This document shows, piece by piece, positions 39,401-52,490 of a DNA stretch of 64,000 nt (position 1 is its first letter; each line of letters begins with the position of its first letter). The notes beneath the pieces are model-generated. The model saw only the letters and a program-made list of their open reading frames with translations. It searched no databases and was not told the origin of the DNA. This DNA is from Eremomyces bilateralis CBS 781.70 (lineage: Eukaryota). The stretch lies in the NCBI GenBank assembly GCA_010015585.1, contig ML975152.1; one strand, written 5' to 3'. Both the position numbers and the translations under genes were made by a program.

Positions 39401-42159
39401 CTGAACCCTGATCTGCAGGGCATGGTGGACCTCGAGAAGGTCGTCGTGGTCACCGGGTTCGCAGAGGTCGGACCGTGGGGGAACTCACGCACGCGCTGGG
39501 AGATGGAGGCGCACGGCGAGTTCTCACTCGAGGGGTGCGTGGAGATGGCGTGGATCATGGGGTTGATCACGAACCACAACGGACCTCTCAAAGGCAGGCC
39601 CTACTCCGGCTGGGTGGACGTGAAGACCAAGGAGCCGGTCGACGACAAGGACATCAAGGCCAAGTACGAGAAATACATCCTCGAGCACTCGGGAATCCGG
39701 TTGATCGAGCCGGAGCTGTTCCACGGGTACGATCCTAACAAGAAGGAGCTGCTGCACGAGGTGCAGATCGAGGAGGACTTGGATCCGTTCGAGGCGAGCA
39801 AGGAGACCGCCGAGGAGTTCCAGCGCCAGCATGGGGAGAACGTCGAGGTGTTCGAGATCACTGACTCCGGCGAGTATACCGTACGCCTGAAGAAGGGTGC
39901 CACGCTGCTGATTCCCAAGGCGTTGCGATTCGATCGCTTCGTCGCGGGCCAGATCCCGACGGGGTGGAATGCTAAACAGTACGGCATTACCGATGATATC
40001 ATCGATCAGGTGGATCCGGTGACGCTGTTCGTGCTAGTTTCGTGCGCGGAGGCGCTTGTGGCGTCCGGAATCACGGATCCGTACGAGTTCTACAAATACG
40101 TGCACATCTCGCAAGTTGGGAACTGCATCGGATCGGGCATCGGTGGCACCAGCGCGCTACGCGGCATGTACAAGGACCGCTACCTCGATAAGCCGCTGCA
40201 GAAGGACATTCTACAGGAGTCGTTCATCAACACCATGAGCGCGTGGGTCAACATGCTTTTGCTCTCCAGCACCGGGCCGATCAAGACCCCGGTCGGCGCG
40301 TGCGCCACCGCCGTCGAGTCCATCGACATCGGCTACGACACCATCGTCGAAGGCAAGGCGCGCATGTGCTTCGTCGGCGGCTTCGACGATTTCCAAGAAG
40401 AGGGCAGCTACGAGTTCGCCAACATGAAGGCCACCTCCAACGCCGAGGACGAGCTCGCCCACGGCCGCACCCCCCGCGAAATGTCCCGCCCCACCACCAC
40501 CACCCGCAACGGCTTCATGGAGTCCCAGGGCTGCGGTATCCAGGTCATCATGGACGCCCGCCTCGCCCTCGACATGGGCGTCCCCATCTACGGCGTCCTC
40601 GGCTTCACCGCCACCGCCACCGATAAGATCGGCCGTTCCGTCCCCGCGCCTGGCCAGGGTGTGCTGACCACCGCCCGCGAGGTGCCCGGGAAGTTCCCCT
40701 CGCCACTGCTCGACCTCAAGTACCGCAAGCGCCAGATGGAGCTGCGCCGCGCGCAGATCAAGCAGTGGCAGGAGGCTGAGCTACTATTCCTGCAGGAGGA
40801 AGTCGGCGCCATGGCGTCGCAAGCCAGCGCATCAGGCGACGCGTTCGACGAGGCGGAGTACACGTCCGATCGTGCGGACCACATCGCGCGCGAGGCGAAG
40901 CGCCAGGAGAAAGACGCGCTGTACAGCCTAGGCAACAATTTCTGGAAATCCGACGAGCGCATCGCGCCGCTGCGGGGCGCGCTGGCGACGTGGGGCTTGA
41001 CGATCGACGATCTGGATGTGGCGTCGTTCCACGGGACGTCAACGAAGGCGAACGACAAGAACGAGTCGGATGTTATCTGCCAGCAGATGCGGCACCTGGG
41101 GCGGAAGAAGGGGAACGCGGTGCTCGGGATCTTCCAGAAGTATCTGACGGGGCATCCGAAGGGCGCGGCGGGCGCGTGGATGTTCAACGGGTGCTTGCAG
41201 GTGCTGAATACCGGGTTGGTGCCTGGGAACCGCAACGCAGACAACGTGGATGCGGCGATGGAGCAGTTCGACTACATCGTGTATCCGTCGCGCAGCCTGC
41301 AGACGGACGGCATCAAAGCGTTCAGCGTCACGTCCTTCGGCTTCGGCCAGAAAGGCGCGCAGGCCATCGGCATCCACCCGGCGTACCTCTACGCCACCCT
41401 CGAAAAATCCGAGTTCGACGCCTACGCCGCCAAGGTCCAAGCCCGCCAGAAGAAAGCCTATCGCTACGCGCACGACTCCCTCGTCAACCACACGCTCTTC
41501 CGCGCCAAAGACAAGACCCCCTATGCCGACGCACAGCAGAGCGCTGTCTTCCTCAACCCGTCGGCCCGCGTGGCCCTCGACCCCAAATCCGAGAAGCTGA
41601 TCTACGACCCCAAGCTCAAGAAGGCGGGCGACCGCACGCCGTTGACGGCGAATGAGACGGCGCGGAAGGCGGAGACGACGAAGCTGTTGGAGACGATGGC
41701 GGCGGCGTCGCGCGCAGGGAAGGGAAACGCGAAGATCGGGGTGGACGTCGAGGCGGTGCGGGCGGTGCCGGTTGACAATGAGACCTTCGTCGAGCGGAAT
41801 TTCTCGGAGCGGGAGCGGGTGTATTGTCAGGGTCGGCCGGATCCGCGGGCGAGCTTTGCGGGGCGATGGGCGGCTAAGGAGGCAGTGTTTAAGAGTTTGG
41901 GGGTGGAGAGTCGGGGCGGTGGGGCTAGTTTGAGGGAGATTGAGGTGGTGAGCGATGATAAGGGGGTTCCGACGGTTGAGGTGAGTTACCTATCTCTGCG
42001 ATGATGCGGTTTCAGACCATGGATGGATAAATGCTGACTTTGGATTAGTTACATGGCGACGCAGCTCTCGCAGCGAAGAACGCCGGCGTCAAATCTGTCG
42101 GCGTCAGCATCAGCCACTCAGACGACCAGGCCGTCGCCGTCGCAGTTGCGGAATTCTAG
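36416..42159 (+). CDS. FAS2: Fatty acid synthase alpha subunit (ACP-KR-KS-PPT)
   Basis: [59 protein letters not shown] and [16 protein letters not shown] and WAAKEA. Introns 36948-36995 and 41981-42048. Confidence 0.97.
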
Positions 42160-42686
42160 ACGCTCCTTCCGGTGTTTCTCCTGAAGACTTTTAATAATAC
42201 AAACCCATGCGTCGGAGGGCAGAGACCAGATGGATTGAGCATGGTGGGAGGATGTACATTGCATTGTAATTTCTTTGCTGCAGTTGGCTTCGTGCGGCAG
42301 ATCAGTGGCGTCGGTCGGTAGGGACAGAAGGGGTTTGTTGTCTTAGATTCGCATGGGCCTGGGTGCCGTGTATATGTATGTAGCCTTGTTATCGGTGTTG
42401 CAATGGATTGGGTGCTGGTTTGAGTTGGCTTCGATGGATTGCATAGTGGTACATCTTTGCAAGATCCCGCGACGTGTACTGACACTGCTTCCACACGCTT
42501 AATCCAGATGGGAAGAAATTAATGCTCCGGATGCATACCATAGGACGTTGAAAACGGTCAATTATTAATTGCCTTGTTTCAGTCTTCTAATTCCTCTCTC
42601 ATTGAAGGGAGGACGTCAAAAGCGAAGGGCCGTCAATTTCTTCACAGATTTTATGACTCGATTTGCGCCTGCATAGGCTTCTGGTT

Positions 42687-43420
42687 CTATAAGTGTGGTT
42701 GTGGCCAAATTCGGTCTCCACGTCCTTTCAATATCGGCGCCAAATCGAAGAAGACTTCGTTTGAGCGGTTTATTCGAACTTTTATAGTCTTCTCCGCACC
42801 TCGCCCTACCTGTAATAGGGCTGTATATTCGGATACCAAATTGTTAGTCCACTGAGAGAACTGTTCGTCCCTACGATCACCCTCCTCGTATCTCAAGCGA
42901 TAGAACACAAGACCTGGACATCGAAGCACACTATGTACGACCAAGCAGAATGGCCGAGAGATATCCGGCTGTCGCGGGATGTAGCTAATATAAGCATTTC
43001 TCCAATCAAGGTTATAGGTAAGCCTCACTGTATGACGACCCAACTGATCTCCGTCCGGTGTGTTGGGACTGGAGGTGAGGTCGTATGTTACCACCTTGCC
43101 GCTTCCAAGTTTAAGGACAAAGTGGTCGGGTAGAGATAATCTCCCAGAAACAGCCACTGATTCAAAATACATGTAGCCGGTGGGATTCGTACAAAATATC
43201 TCGTGTACAGCGCTAGGATTAGGTCTCCTAGGCAAGAGTCGCAGGTGAATCTGTCCTGGATCCAATCGCAGAAACTGCATACTATGGTACCGGATACCGA
43301 CATGCACTGTAGCTTTTGGGAAGCGGAAATATATGCCCCCCAGGGTACCATTTTTGAAACCCCTCTCCGAGCCCCATGCCGACCGAGCCCAATCAGGCTC
43401 CTTAACCCAAACTAGCGTTC
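42687..43420 (-). CDS. Hypothetical protein fragment (start unclear, possibly degenerate)
   Basis: Open frame of >200 codons that extends upstream of 43307 without an ATG. No recognised domain. Confidence 0.3.
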
Positions 43421-44219
43421 TATCTTAGTCCAGCACTATCGGCGGCATATACATATCAAAAAAGAGCAATTGAGAAACTAGACATGTTCGATGTCAGACC
43501 ACATGAAGCATGGGTGCAGATTGTTGATGAGTGTTTACTGTACTGATAGGGTGGGAACCTATCCCGTACATTTAGTGGGTCTATAATCATTAGACCTGCT
43601 ATAGCCTGCACGCTAAGCAATGTTAAACTCAACCGCTGTAGCATTTAGGGAATGCTTATAGGTATCCATAGCCGCCAGTACTCCGTAACTCTCCATCAAT
43701 CCTTCTATGGACGTAGCACTCACCAACTAGCTGGAACTTTCCTCTCCCCCCACACAACCGGAAGGGAGCAGCCAAGTAAAATTGCAAACCAAGTCACCAT
43801 CTGGGACATATCTTGAACCGATCTCAAGTAGAGGTTCAGACTCTTTGGAGGATTCATGGCAGATGAAAACTTTCGATTCCAAACGGCGGCCTGGACACGC
43901 CTTATTAAATATGGGATGGCAAGCTCAGGCACAGACCAATTGGCTATTAACCTCGAATTTACAGAGTCCTTTTATGCTTGTCACTAGATTTTACCTTGCA
44001 TAAATCTACCTCCTACCGTACCGGCTCCAAGTCGAGTGGCTATCATAACCGAGTCCTCCCTTCCCTAACCTCTGTTACTACTGTGGCTTGTACTTCTGCC
44101 CTGCACAAGCTTTTTCAGATCTTTCAACATACGCAGGTCTTCCCGCTGGGAACTTTTACCTGTCTGAATGCGGCCTTTGAGTTTGGATTCAGCGTCCATC
44201 ATTCCCATTGATCACCTTC

Positions 44220-45333
44220 GAAGATGGAGAGATGAGCTCCATGCTCGTGTCCGACCGCATGTTCCAAAGTATTGGGATCATTCGCTGGCATTCCGAGCCC
44301 CACCATCTCGCAAGCCTCGCATTCTCGTGCAAGATGACAACCGATTAATGACCAGGCTATAACGCGCAGAAATCATTTCCTGACGCTCCCTCGCGAGATC
44401 AGGTATGCTATTTACAAAGTGACTTTTAGACAGGGAGTCATTCACCTCGAAATCGAACGCACCAAAAATAAAAGAGCTTGGGAACTAAGGGGCTCTATCT
44501 GCCGCCGGAGATGTGGAAAGCTACTCAACGTCCCATTTCGACAACCTTTCGTGGACGACGTGTGTAAAGGGACAAAATGGTACTCTGACCCAGAGAAATT
44601 TGGAGTGCTAGGATGACTTCTCGCTTGCCAACAAACGTAAATATTATCGTATACCTATAACCGAACCCTGACCGCGGCATTTAACATCGATACATACTGA
44701 CCCTATACTAGGTATCACGAGGGCGGCTTATTTATCTTCTTGGAGAATACGCTTTTTATCGGACGAGGGCGGTATCGGCTCTTCTCCACAACTTCAAAAA
44801 CCTACTACCCGAGCTCCATCTCGGCAGCATCACATCTCTCGAACTAATATGCTATGTCGAATGTTTCACGGCCGTTGAATCCCGGCCCGGGCACGAGTAT
44901 TGCTTGGATCTCCCCAATCGCCTTATCGACAACTTCCCCAGTTTAAAATCACTAAAACTATTAGCACAAACAAGAGAGTCTCAAATTGATCTGGTGCTGA
45001 GTCCGTTTGACGGGGCACTTGGGCCATTAGATCGAATTGTCGCACACTACGGAGCTGTCCGCCTGTCCTCCTGCTGGTTATTATTTCCAGGGTTATTGCA
45101 AGCTCCGCAATTGGTTGGGAGATGACGTTAAACCGGTCTTGAAAAACCCCTGGATCGGCAGTCCGACAGAATTTTGGCGCTCCGTAGACGATTCTAAACC
45201 AGATGTTGGCTATTGGATTGGAGCCATCGATGAAACTCTCCCGATAAGTAGGTTCAGAATTGACGGTTCTCGTCGGACTACTTCATACCTGCGGTACCAA
45301 ACGCTAACGTCTATATGTAGATTTGCACGCTAG
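44220..45333 (+). pseudogene. Degenerate fungal hypothetical gene (DUF7730-like motif pattern)
   Basis: Fragments FLTLPREIRYAIY...GVLG*LLACQQT|YHEG with TGA at 44614-44616 where Trp is expected. Further frame breaks follow downstream. Confidence 0.5.
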
Positions 45334-45699
45334 GAACAGGCGGAGCATCACTCTAATAGTAGTCTTGGGCGCCACAACTCTAGTACAGACGTAGGAACCA
45401 AGCTACAAACCGGGGCAATCCATTCCAATATATTAATGGAAATAGAACGTCCCCTTACGGTTTAGCACCACCACATCGGACATAGCGCCCTCCACATATT
45501 CACGAGTGATATGAACCTCATGCTACTTTAATGCACTCATATTCTCCACTATTATAGTAATGGAGCTAAGACATTTCTTTAGCTTGTTAACTTGTAGCAT
45601 TACTTGAAGGGAGAGATGAATTATTCCGACTACCCAACTGGCGAGCGTCTCGGTAACAGCCGTTTGATCGTTCAACAGCGTCTAACCCTTCTAGTACTA

Positions 45700-47007
45700 T
45701 TACTTCTCGGGATCCATTTCCCTCCAAGAATTATCTGGACTCCAATAATTGTTACCTTCCTCTACCACACACCTCTCTGCAACAACATTACAGCTAATCT
45801 TTGCTCTTCTGTTCTCAACCCACGATGGCTCATAGAGCGGCCCATCCCAAGGTCGACCCCAGTCACCCACCCAGAATGTCACACTTTCTAATTCGTTTCC
45901 GAGTTTCTTGCTACGCATGAATTCAAAAACTTCATTTGCCGTCGTCTCGTTGGCGTACGGACGGAGAAACTGCTCTTCCTCGGTACATCCTTCGACTTCG
46001 TCAGGATAAGGTCGCCAGTGATGTGGTTCTGTTTTCTGCCGGCGACATTCACTCATAATATCGAGCCACAGGTCAAGAGTACGCAGTGGGGAGATACCAG
46101 CGATAGCGGAGAGGGACTCGAGCGGCCAGGTGCCGTTGCGCGGGAGATTAAGGGAGAGGTGATTGAGATTAGGCATTTGTTGAAGATGCTCTATCTCAGT
46201 GGCAGAGAAGACAATGCCACTGGTACTCATGGCTTCAATGGAGTGGACATCGAGATGGAGAAGAGACTGGCCGTGGGTCTTGGCGATGGTCGGCAGGGTA
46301 CTGTTCTGCGGATATGAGTTGGAGTTGTCTGTCCAAGTGAAGTTTGTTAGGGCGACGCCGTTATCCGCCAAAGCTTTGAGGATCTGGATGGTTTCATTGA
46401 CTTCCCCGCCGTCCAGTTGGAGACGCTGCAGTCCTGTTAGGGCCTTGGAGGCTTTGCCGAAGAAGTAAGTATAGTTGGCTCTATTGTCTGCCAATGCTAG
46501 CTCTTCTACCATTCCCCAGTCCATAGCATCTAGCCAGAGATCAAGATTGTCCTTTTCGCGCTGTTCTGCAGAAAGGCTTATATTGAATGATATCTGCTTG
46601 AAAGCCTTCCCGGAGAATATCCAATCAGCCCATCTCTCGTACCATCGCATCGGCCCCAATCTAGACTGTAAGTCATTCCACTCGCGTTGATCGAAGTCGT
46701 ATCCCTCAAGATGGAGTGTTCGTAAATTCGGATATGTGTCCTTTCCGTCGAGTGCAAAGGGAAAGGACCAGCGATCTGGCCACGATGAGCAACCGAGGAG
46801 CGTAACTCGGAGACGTAGTGACGTGATGTTCGGACACGATATGAGAGCTCGGTGGACGCCAGACATGGTGGTAAATCCCGGAACGTTAGTGGAATAGCCT
46901 GGAATCGTGGCTACGATGGAAGTTGGACACGAGTCGCCTGGGCGCCATGAGCGGCAGAGAGCGGTAGGTAGTAGTATAGAGCAGCTGATGAACCTTAGGA
47001 AACGCAT
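45700..47007 (-). CDS. Hypothetical 435-aa protein with signal-like N-terminus and LRR/RNI-like repeats
   Basis: Single-exon ORF. Repeated LxxLxL motifs: CPNITSLRL, YPNLRTLHL, MPNLNHLSL and SPLRTLDL. Confidence 0.75.
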   Translation of the reverse strand: MRFLRFISCSILLPTALCRSWRPGDSCPTSIVATIPGYSTNVPGFTTMSGVHRALISCPNITSLRLRVTLLGCSSWPDRWSFPFALDGKDTYPNLRTLHLEGYDFDQREWNDLQSRLGPMRWYERWADWIFSGKAFKQISFNISLSAEQREKDNLDLWLDAMDWGMVEELALADNRANYTYFFGKASKALTGLQRLQLDGGEVNETIQILKALADNGVALTNFTWTDNSNSYPQNSTLPTIAKTHGQSLLHLDVHSIEAMSTSGIVFSATEIEHLQQMPNLNHLSLNLPRNGTWPLESLSAIAGISPLRTLDLWLDIMSECRRQKTEPHHWRPYPDEVEGCTEEEQFLRPYANETTANEVFEFMRSKKLGNELESVTFWVGDWGRPWDGPLYEPSWVENRRAKISCNVVAERCVVEEGNNYWSPDNSWREMDPEK

Positions 47008-47559
47008 GATTGTGCAGTAGATGTGAGCAGCGCTGGATGCAGCAAAACACGATATTTCTACTTAAATGACGGGACCTGACTGTGGCCGTATTCCTTACGT
47101 GGCTCCATGTTGTAGGCAGCAGCTTTCATTTCTGGCATTGCAACTGGGCACTCGTCAATGTTAATTGCTCAGTAATTGCTCAGTTATCTATAGAACCCAA
47201 ATCGCAGATACGGGAACCCTAGTGCAACACTTTGGTGAAGGATACAGCATTATGTTCCTTATACTCTGTGGAGAATATCTCACCATCCTGATCGTGAGTT
47301 AATACAGAATCTCTTGACTGGTATCCGTGGCCCTTGGACCCCACCCACACCGAAAGTATGGGTCCAAGGGCCACGGATAAATCACATCGAAGTCAAAGGA
47401 AGTTTAGTCATCAATAACTATAGTAGAGGCCTAGAGGGGCTCTCTACATCATGGACGACCTCACTACTGAATGCACGTTTCTTACCAAAATTCGACGAAA
47501 TCCTTTAACTTTAACCTATTCTAGCTTTCTAGCCTATTAGTATAACTCTTTTAAACAAA

Positions 47560-47645
47560 ACGACGGCAGATTGCCCTCCGTTTTTGGAGGTTTGTGACGC
47601 CGTTTTCGCAGGTAAATCTGCCACGCTCTGACGCCAATCAGAACT
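47560..47645. repeat. Dispersed repeat, copy 1 (probable TE terminus)
   Basis: CGGCAGATTGCCCTCCGTTTTTGGAGGTTTGTGACGCCGTTTTCGC closely matches 53893-53938. Confidence 0.7.
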
Positions 47646-50134
47646 CCCCTTACTCGCTGACATGGATCTTGCTGACATGGATCTTAGCCATGCCCCACCA
47701 ACTTTGGTCCATGTCCCTTTTTAGCTCTGCTCTGACCTAGAACATGTGACGTCCAGTTTTCAGTATTTCGTTTTCCAACTCTACTTTCCAACTCTGCTCT
47801 TACTCGCTCATCCTCTGGCGTCTAAAGGGCCAGAAGAAGGGCAAGAAATGGCCCTAAAACAGATTCCGCGACGTTCACTTAAATGGCGTCGCCCTTCTTC
47901 TCTTCGCGTTCTTCGAATCGTCATCTACTATTCTCCCCACTGTCCTTATTTACTACCCGCCTGCCTCGCTTTCTTCAGCTGCAAAAAGTTATCCTGCCTC
48001 CAAGCCCAACTCTTGAAGAAGATCGAAAGGCTTATCTTGCTTCATTGATAATTCTCACTCTCGCAAGTAGCTTCTTGGCTATTGCTTATTCAATCATTCG
48101 ACGACCTTGATTTTCGCCATTGCTATCTAGAATCGATTCTCAGCAAGGGGATGCACCGTTCGCTAGCATGTCTGGGATGGAAGCTTCCCTCTCGTCAGAA
48201 ATAAGAGTTTCTAAACCGTCCAAGTTCAATCAGCGAACCAGCTATTGCAATAAGCTAATCAAATCGCTCTCTTTACTACGCACAGCAATTGTTGCTATCC
48301 TGCCTCTAAGACGATTACATGTCTGCGGAGAAGCTATAACGATTCGGGTCCTCGCTGTGTTAAAGTCTATTTCTATTCCCAAATATTTACGAGCTCTAGC
48401 GCACGCAACTCCCACAGCCACTCCACGACCCAATCTTGTCATGGCAGGCAATCGAACCTCACATTCTCAAGATCACTAGGGAAGTGACTCATTGCTTATC
48501 TCTCACACGGGCCTCCTTTATCAAGCAAGATCCCTCAGGCTTTCGATTATATACTCTTCACCTCAATTCCATTGCATCTTCTTAAGGTCTTCAAATTTCT
48601 ACTCCCAAATTTCACTCCTCAGCAAATTTCCAATCAATCAACATGGTTCAAACCACCGGAATCTTTACGTCATTCCCTTCCAGCCCAGCGACTGCAATCC
48701 AAGGCTGGATAGCCGATCTCCAATCCCTCCGAAATGTGGTCATCAGTGCACATGCCGGACTCACAATCAGCCGCGAGTACACGATCTCATTATACGATTC
48801 AATCAATACAATGGTATAGCGGCGATTGGAAACAACCTACCTGCAATCGTCCCGTACGTGGTTGAATGCGTTAATTACGAAGCGCAACGCTAGGACGAAC
48901 TCAGGCCAAACGATGATAGGCATATACTCAATCCTCAACTTGAAGATATTGATGCAGACATGGGCGCAATCAAGGGCAAAGTCAACACAATGGTAGTGAT
49001 TGCGGCGGATCCGAGTCGGACAGAACCGCAGAAGAGCAGAGCCCTCCATGAAAGCTGTGCCAGCATTAATCGGGTTTTCATGCAGATGAATTATCATATC
49101 GCACTGCTTAAGCGGGACTGTGTGAGCTACGTCTCCAGTCGTGCTCTCTACGGATAATGAGCCGGATTGACGATATCAATCAGAGGGAGTGTATCAAATC
49201 AGCAGTTCGTATAAATACTATTATAGCTTCAGCTACAGTTTCACCAATCCTTAGTATGATCAATTGCATTACGTGACGCCTACCACAGTATGTCCCTCTC
49301 TGAGCGTCCTTTGTCCTTACCGAAAACGGATGGGCAGATGTGCGAAGGGCGCCTGTGGGAGCACGTTCTGTTTCCAGAGCCCTTACCTCTGCCTTTCACC
49401 AAATTTCAGTTAGTGAACTGCAGGGGTGAAAATTGTCTGCCCAATTATGTTCCATGTTTGTTTCTCGAATTTTTGCATGTCATACTTGCTCAACTCCAAC
49501 TCGATGCCACTTGCTTGCAATAGCAATCGTATCGTCATCATTATCTCTTCTCAATCCGAGTAATACGCTATTTACTACTCGTAAGTGTGAGGCATCGATT
49601 GCACACCATCTCTGATCTCAGGCTTTAGGACGACAAGCTGAATGTGCCATTACCGGATGAGCTTCTTGTCAAAATGAGGGGAGATGAGGTTGGTCTGGCC
49701 ACATCGTTTTCTCGAATACTAAGCGCTTGGTTGTTTATCACATTGGTAGATTATTTCTCTCTCATGGGATTGATGTTGGTCTCCCTGTAAGGGGAAAGGT
49801 AAAATGAGTGGTATTCACTTAGATAAGTAGATTGACGTAGGAAAATAATAAGGAACGTAGATACTGTGAGACGGTTGGAAAGGGTCACCATAGTGGTTGA
49901 CCTGTTGTGTGGTCCAGTAATAGAGTGGGCTAAACCCAAGTCTTTGGACAGGGATGATCCCGGATCGAAGGCAAATGCTGGGGTGTCTCTTTGCTCCCCA
50001 CACGGCCCCATCAGGACCCACCTACTGATATGCTGTTCTAATCGACCTACGATCCAAGCTCTCGAGCTTGCTTTGCCTTCAACTCTATCTAGATGTTAGT
50101 TAAGGAATTTTATGTAAGACTGGGAAGACATACA

Positions 50135-50452
50135 TTAACGAGTATAACGGCAGCCACGACACACCCAATGTTGACAAGCGCTCATCGGCCCGCCAGGGGG
50201 ACCCAGGCATCCATCCATGCGGTTCCCTGTTTCGTCGCAGCGACAGCAAGTCCACCCATATAGCTTTAGGTCTTCTAGATAACATTCTGGCTTGCTGCAA
50301 AGGTTTTCATCAGCCACAGCTGTAGTAGACCTCCTATTCCCGCACATGGTCCATCTTCCACTTGCCCGGTTGAATGTTGCATCCGGGCAGTACTCTGGCT
50401 GTGCGTAAGCCCGGTGGCCGCAGCGGTATTGACGATAATATCGGTTGCACAT
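50135..50452 (-). CDS. Small intracellular Cys-rich, probable zinc-binding protein (105 aa)
   Basis: Pattern MC..CGH...C...C...C....C...WTCCRC...C...CQHWVCRGC. No signal peptide; ATG in a good context (ACCATG). Confidence 0.65.
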   Translation of the reverse strand: MCNRYYRQYRCGHRAYAQPEYCPDATFNRASGRWTMCGNRRSTTAVADENLCSKPECYLEDLKLYGWTCCRCDETGNRMDGCLGPPGGPMSACQHWVCRGCRYTR

Positions 50453-51449
50453 GGTAATAAAAATAGTGGAGGAGTAATTCTAGGGCAACGGCAAGTTGAA
50501 AAATTGACTTGCTTAGATATGTCAAAAGCCGCAGAGATCATTATTTATCCTTAACATTTACTATCAGCGCGCTGGGTAATATAGGGCCTATGTACCTACA
50601 GTTTCAGTAGTCGCCTGTCAAGCGCATCAGCTCGCCATTCTGGGCCCGCTTCATCCACTCATTTTGTGACTGTTGACATGGCTGTCTTCAACGACAAACC
50701 AGTGTCTTTGTTGCTAACCTGTATGGAACTTGATGCTTCAGATATCAAGATCCGGTTATGGTTAATGTTTGGATAACCACTTCAATGAAGTGGTCGATCT
50801 TTGTTAAACAGCCTTTCCTTTGTACGAACGCTGCAAACGGATAGGCAGGAGGATAATATAAGGAACGGTTCTGTACTGTTATTTAGTTTTAATTACAGCA
50901 CAACTACTCTACAGATATTGGACTGTCATTCTGAGAACAACAGCTACAGCTTGTATTGTTCTTCGTCTTATCTTTCGTCCTTTGGAAGTATATGAAGTTC
51001 CTTCCCCACTGTGCCTAAGTTTGAGCCTCTACAGACATTCCAATCTTAGCACAATCTCAACAGTGACAGTATAGCCGCACGCGAACCATGAGAATGTGAT
51101 TGGATCCTCGTCGTAGCTAACAACCATAATAGGTGCTTATGCTAATGCCTAATGGGGTGTGCTTCGCCCTCTAGTTTTGTAAATGTATCAGAGAGTGTAT
51201 CAGATAGCTGCACGTGAACTGCGAGAGTGTGGTTGGACCCTTGCGGTATGGTATCTATAGGTAACCAATCATAATAAGGCGCTTAGGCTTGAGGTTGGGT
51301 ACTCTATCCAGCAATTAGCTACCTCATCATTCCTCATCCCGCTCAATCTACCCTCACCTGCAACTTCTCTCGCACTACTTCCCTTCCCGTCACCCATATT
51401 CCCAAGCAAGCGTCGTCTGGCCTCCAAAGATAACCGTTTCTTCGCCATC

Positions 51450-52490
51450 ATGACGCATGCCGATCCCATGACCAGCCGTGAAACAAAAGAACGCCCACAG
51501 TCGCCTCCACCTCCTTGGAGTGTACTCGAGTTCACCTTTAGCAATAGAAACACAGACTCGGAACTAGTCATCACCTGCTGTGGCAAGCGATTTTCCCTCC
51601 ACCTCTTCGCCGATAACTTTACCGAGTCGCCGCGGCTGAAAGAACGCTATCTCTTCTTCCTGGAAGTTGCTGAGCACTACGAGCTGGACGGGCTGACCGT
51701 CGAAGACTTCTATGACTGGGCTGCCGAGCCGCTGTTTCCCCTCTTTAGGAACCTACCGCATCGCGACAAAGATCAGACATACACCCTTCACGATTTTTTG
51801 TTTCCCGAATCCTTTGTCTACACATTGCGAGCTGTCTCCGAGAGGCTAGTCCCCATACCCTACGAGGAGAGTAAGGGTGGTAACGCGCCGAGATTCGGTG
51901 TGCATCTTGCAGATGAGCTATGCTCTCCTTTCAAAACCCTCCTCCCCTCTGATGTCCAGATCTGCGAAGAGCCTGTTATCGGGCCACCCTCCGGGGTGCC
52001 AGGCAAAGTGCGTCTTAAGGACGGGATCCTCGCCTTCTTCAAGTTCATTCGCTGCGGAGACAAACACTTCCTCGAGAACGAACTCAATAACTATAAGGCG
52101 ATTAGCGAGGCAAACCCAGACGATAGCTTGCGAATTTCTCGACTCTATGGCCTCGTGCGGGACGAGGCTGGCGTGGTCTTTGGCCTTTTGCTCGCCTACA
52201 TTGACTGCGGACGTGTGACATTGTCTTGTGCTGTGAAGCCAGACATCGCAATGCCCTTGCGAGAGAAGTGGATTGTGCAACTCCAATACATCATCAACCA
52301 GCTGCATGCGGCTCGTATTGTCTGGGGAGATGCTAAGCCGGACAATGTCCTGATTGATAGGAATGAGGACGCGTGGATCATCGACTTCGGCGGTGGCTAT
52401 ACAGAGGGCTGGGTGCCTAAGGAACTGGCCGGGACAGTAGAAGGGGATTTGCATGCGCTTAAGAAGATCGTTGAGTTTGTTAGCGCCTAG
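51450..52490 (+). CDS. Atypical fungal protein-kinase-like protein
   Basis: FFK, ENEL, catalytic loop WGDAKPDNVLI and IIDFGGGYTEGW. The C-lobe is truncated. Confidence 0.85.
   Translation: MTHADPMTSRETKERPQSPPPPWSVLEFTFSNRNTDSELVITCCGKRFSLHLFADNFTESPRLKERYLFFLEVAEHYELDGLTVEDFYDWAAEPLFPLFRNLPHRDKDQTYTLHDFLFPESFVYTLRAVSERLVPIPYEESKGGNAPRFGVHLADELCSPFKTLLPSDVQICEEPVIGPPSGVPGKVRLKDGILAFFKFIRCGDKHFLENELNNYKAISEANPDDSLRISRLYGLVRDEAGVVFGLLLAYIDCGRVTLSCAVKPDIAMPLREKWIVQLQYIINQLHAARIVWGDAKPDNVLIDRNEDAWIIDFGGGYTEGWVPKELAGTVEGDLHALKKIVEFVSA

Noticed and set aside
28725..41933. Many long antisense or alternative-frame ORFs within the FAS genes (e.g. 32470..33777)
   Set aside because: Expected from high GC3 codon bias; no domain motifs.
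27288..42159. SDR + FAS1/FAS2 as a secondary-metabolite cluster
   Set aside because: The FAS pair has the conserved housekeeping-type termini and the usual divergent layout. No PKS, NRPS, P450, transporter or cluster regulator lies nearby.
47655..47684. 15-bp tandem duplication GCTGACATGGATCTT
   Set aside because: A simple slippage-type duplication in non-coding DNA with no further structure.
47746..49157. Gene or gag-like relic
   Set aside because: Stop-interrupted fragments with no zinc knuckle, RT, integrase or other identifiable motif.
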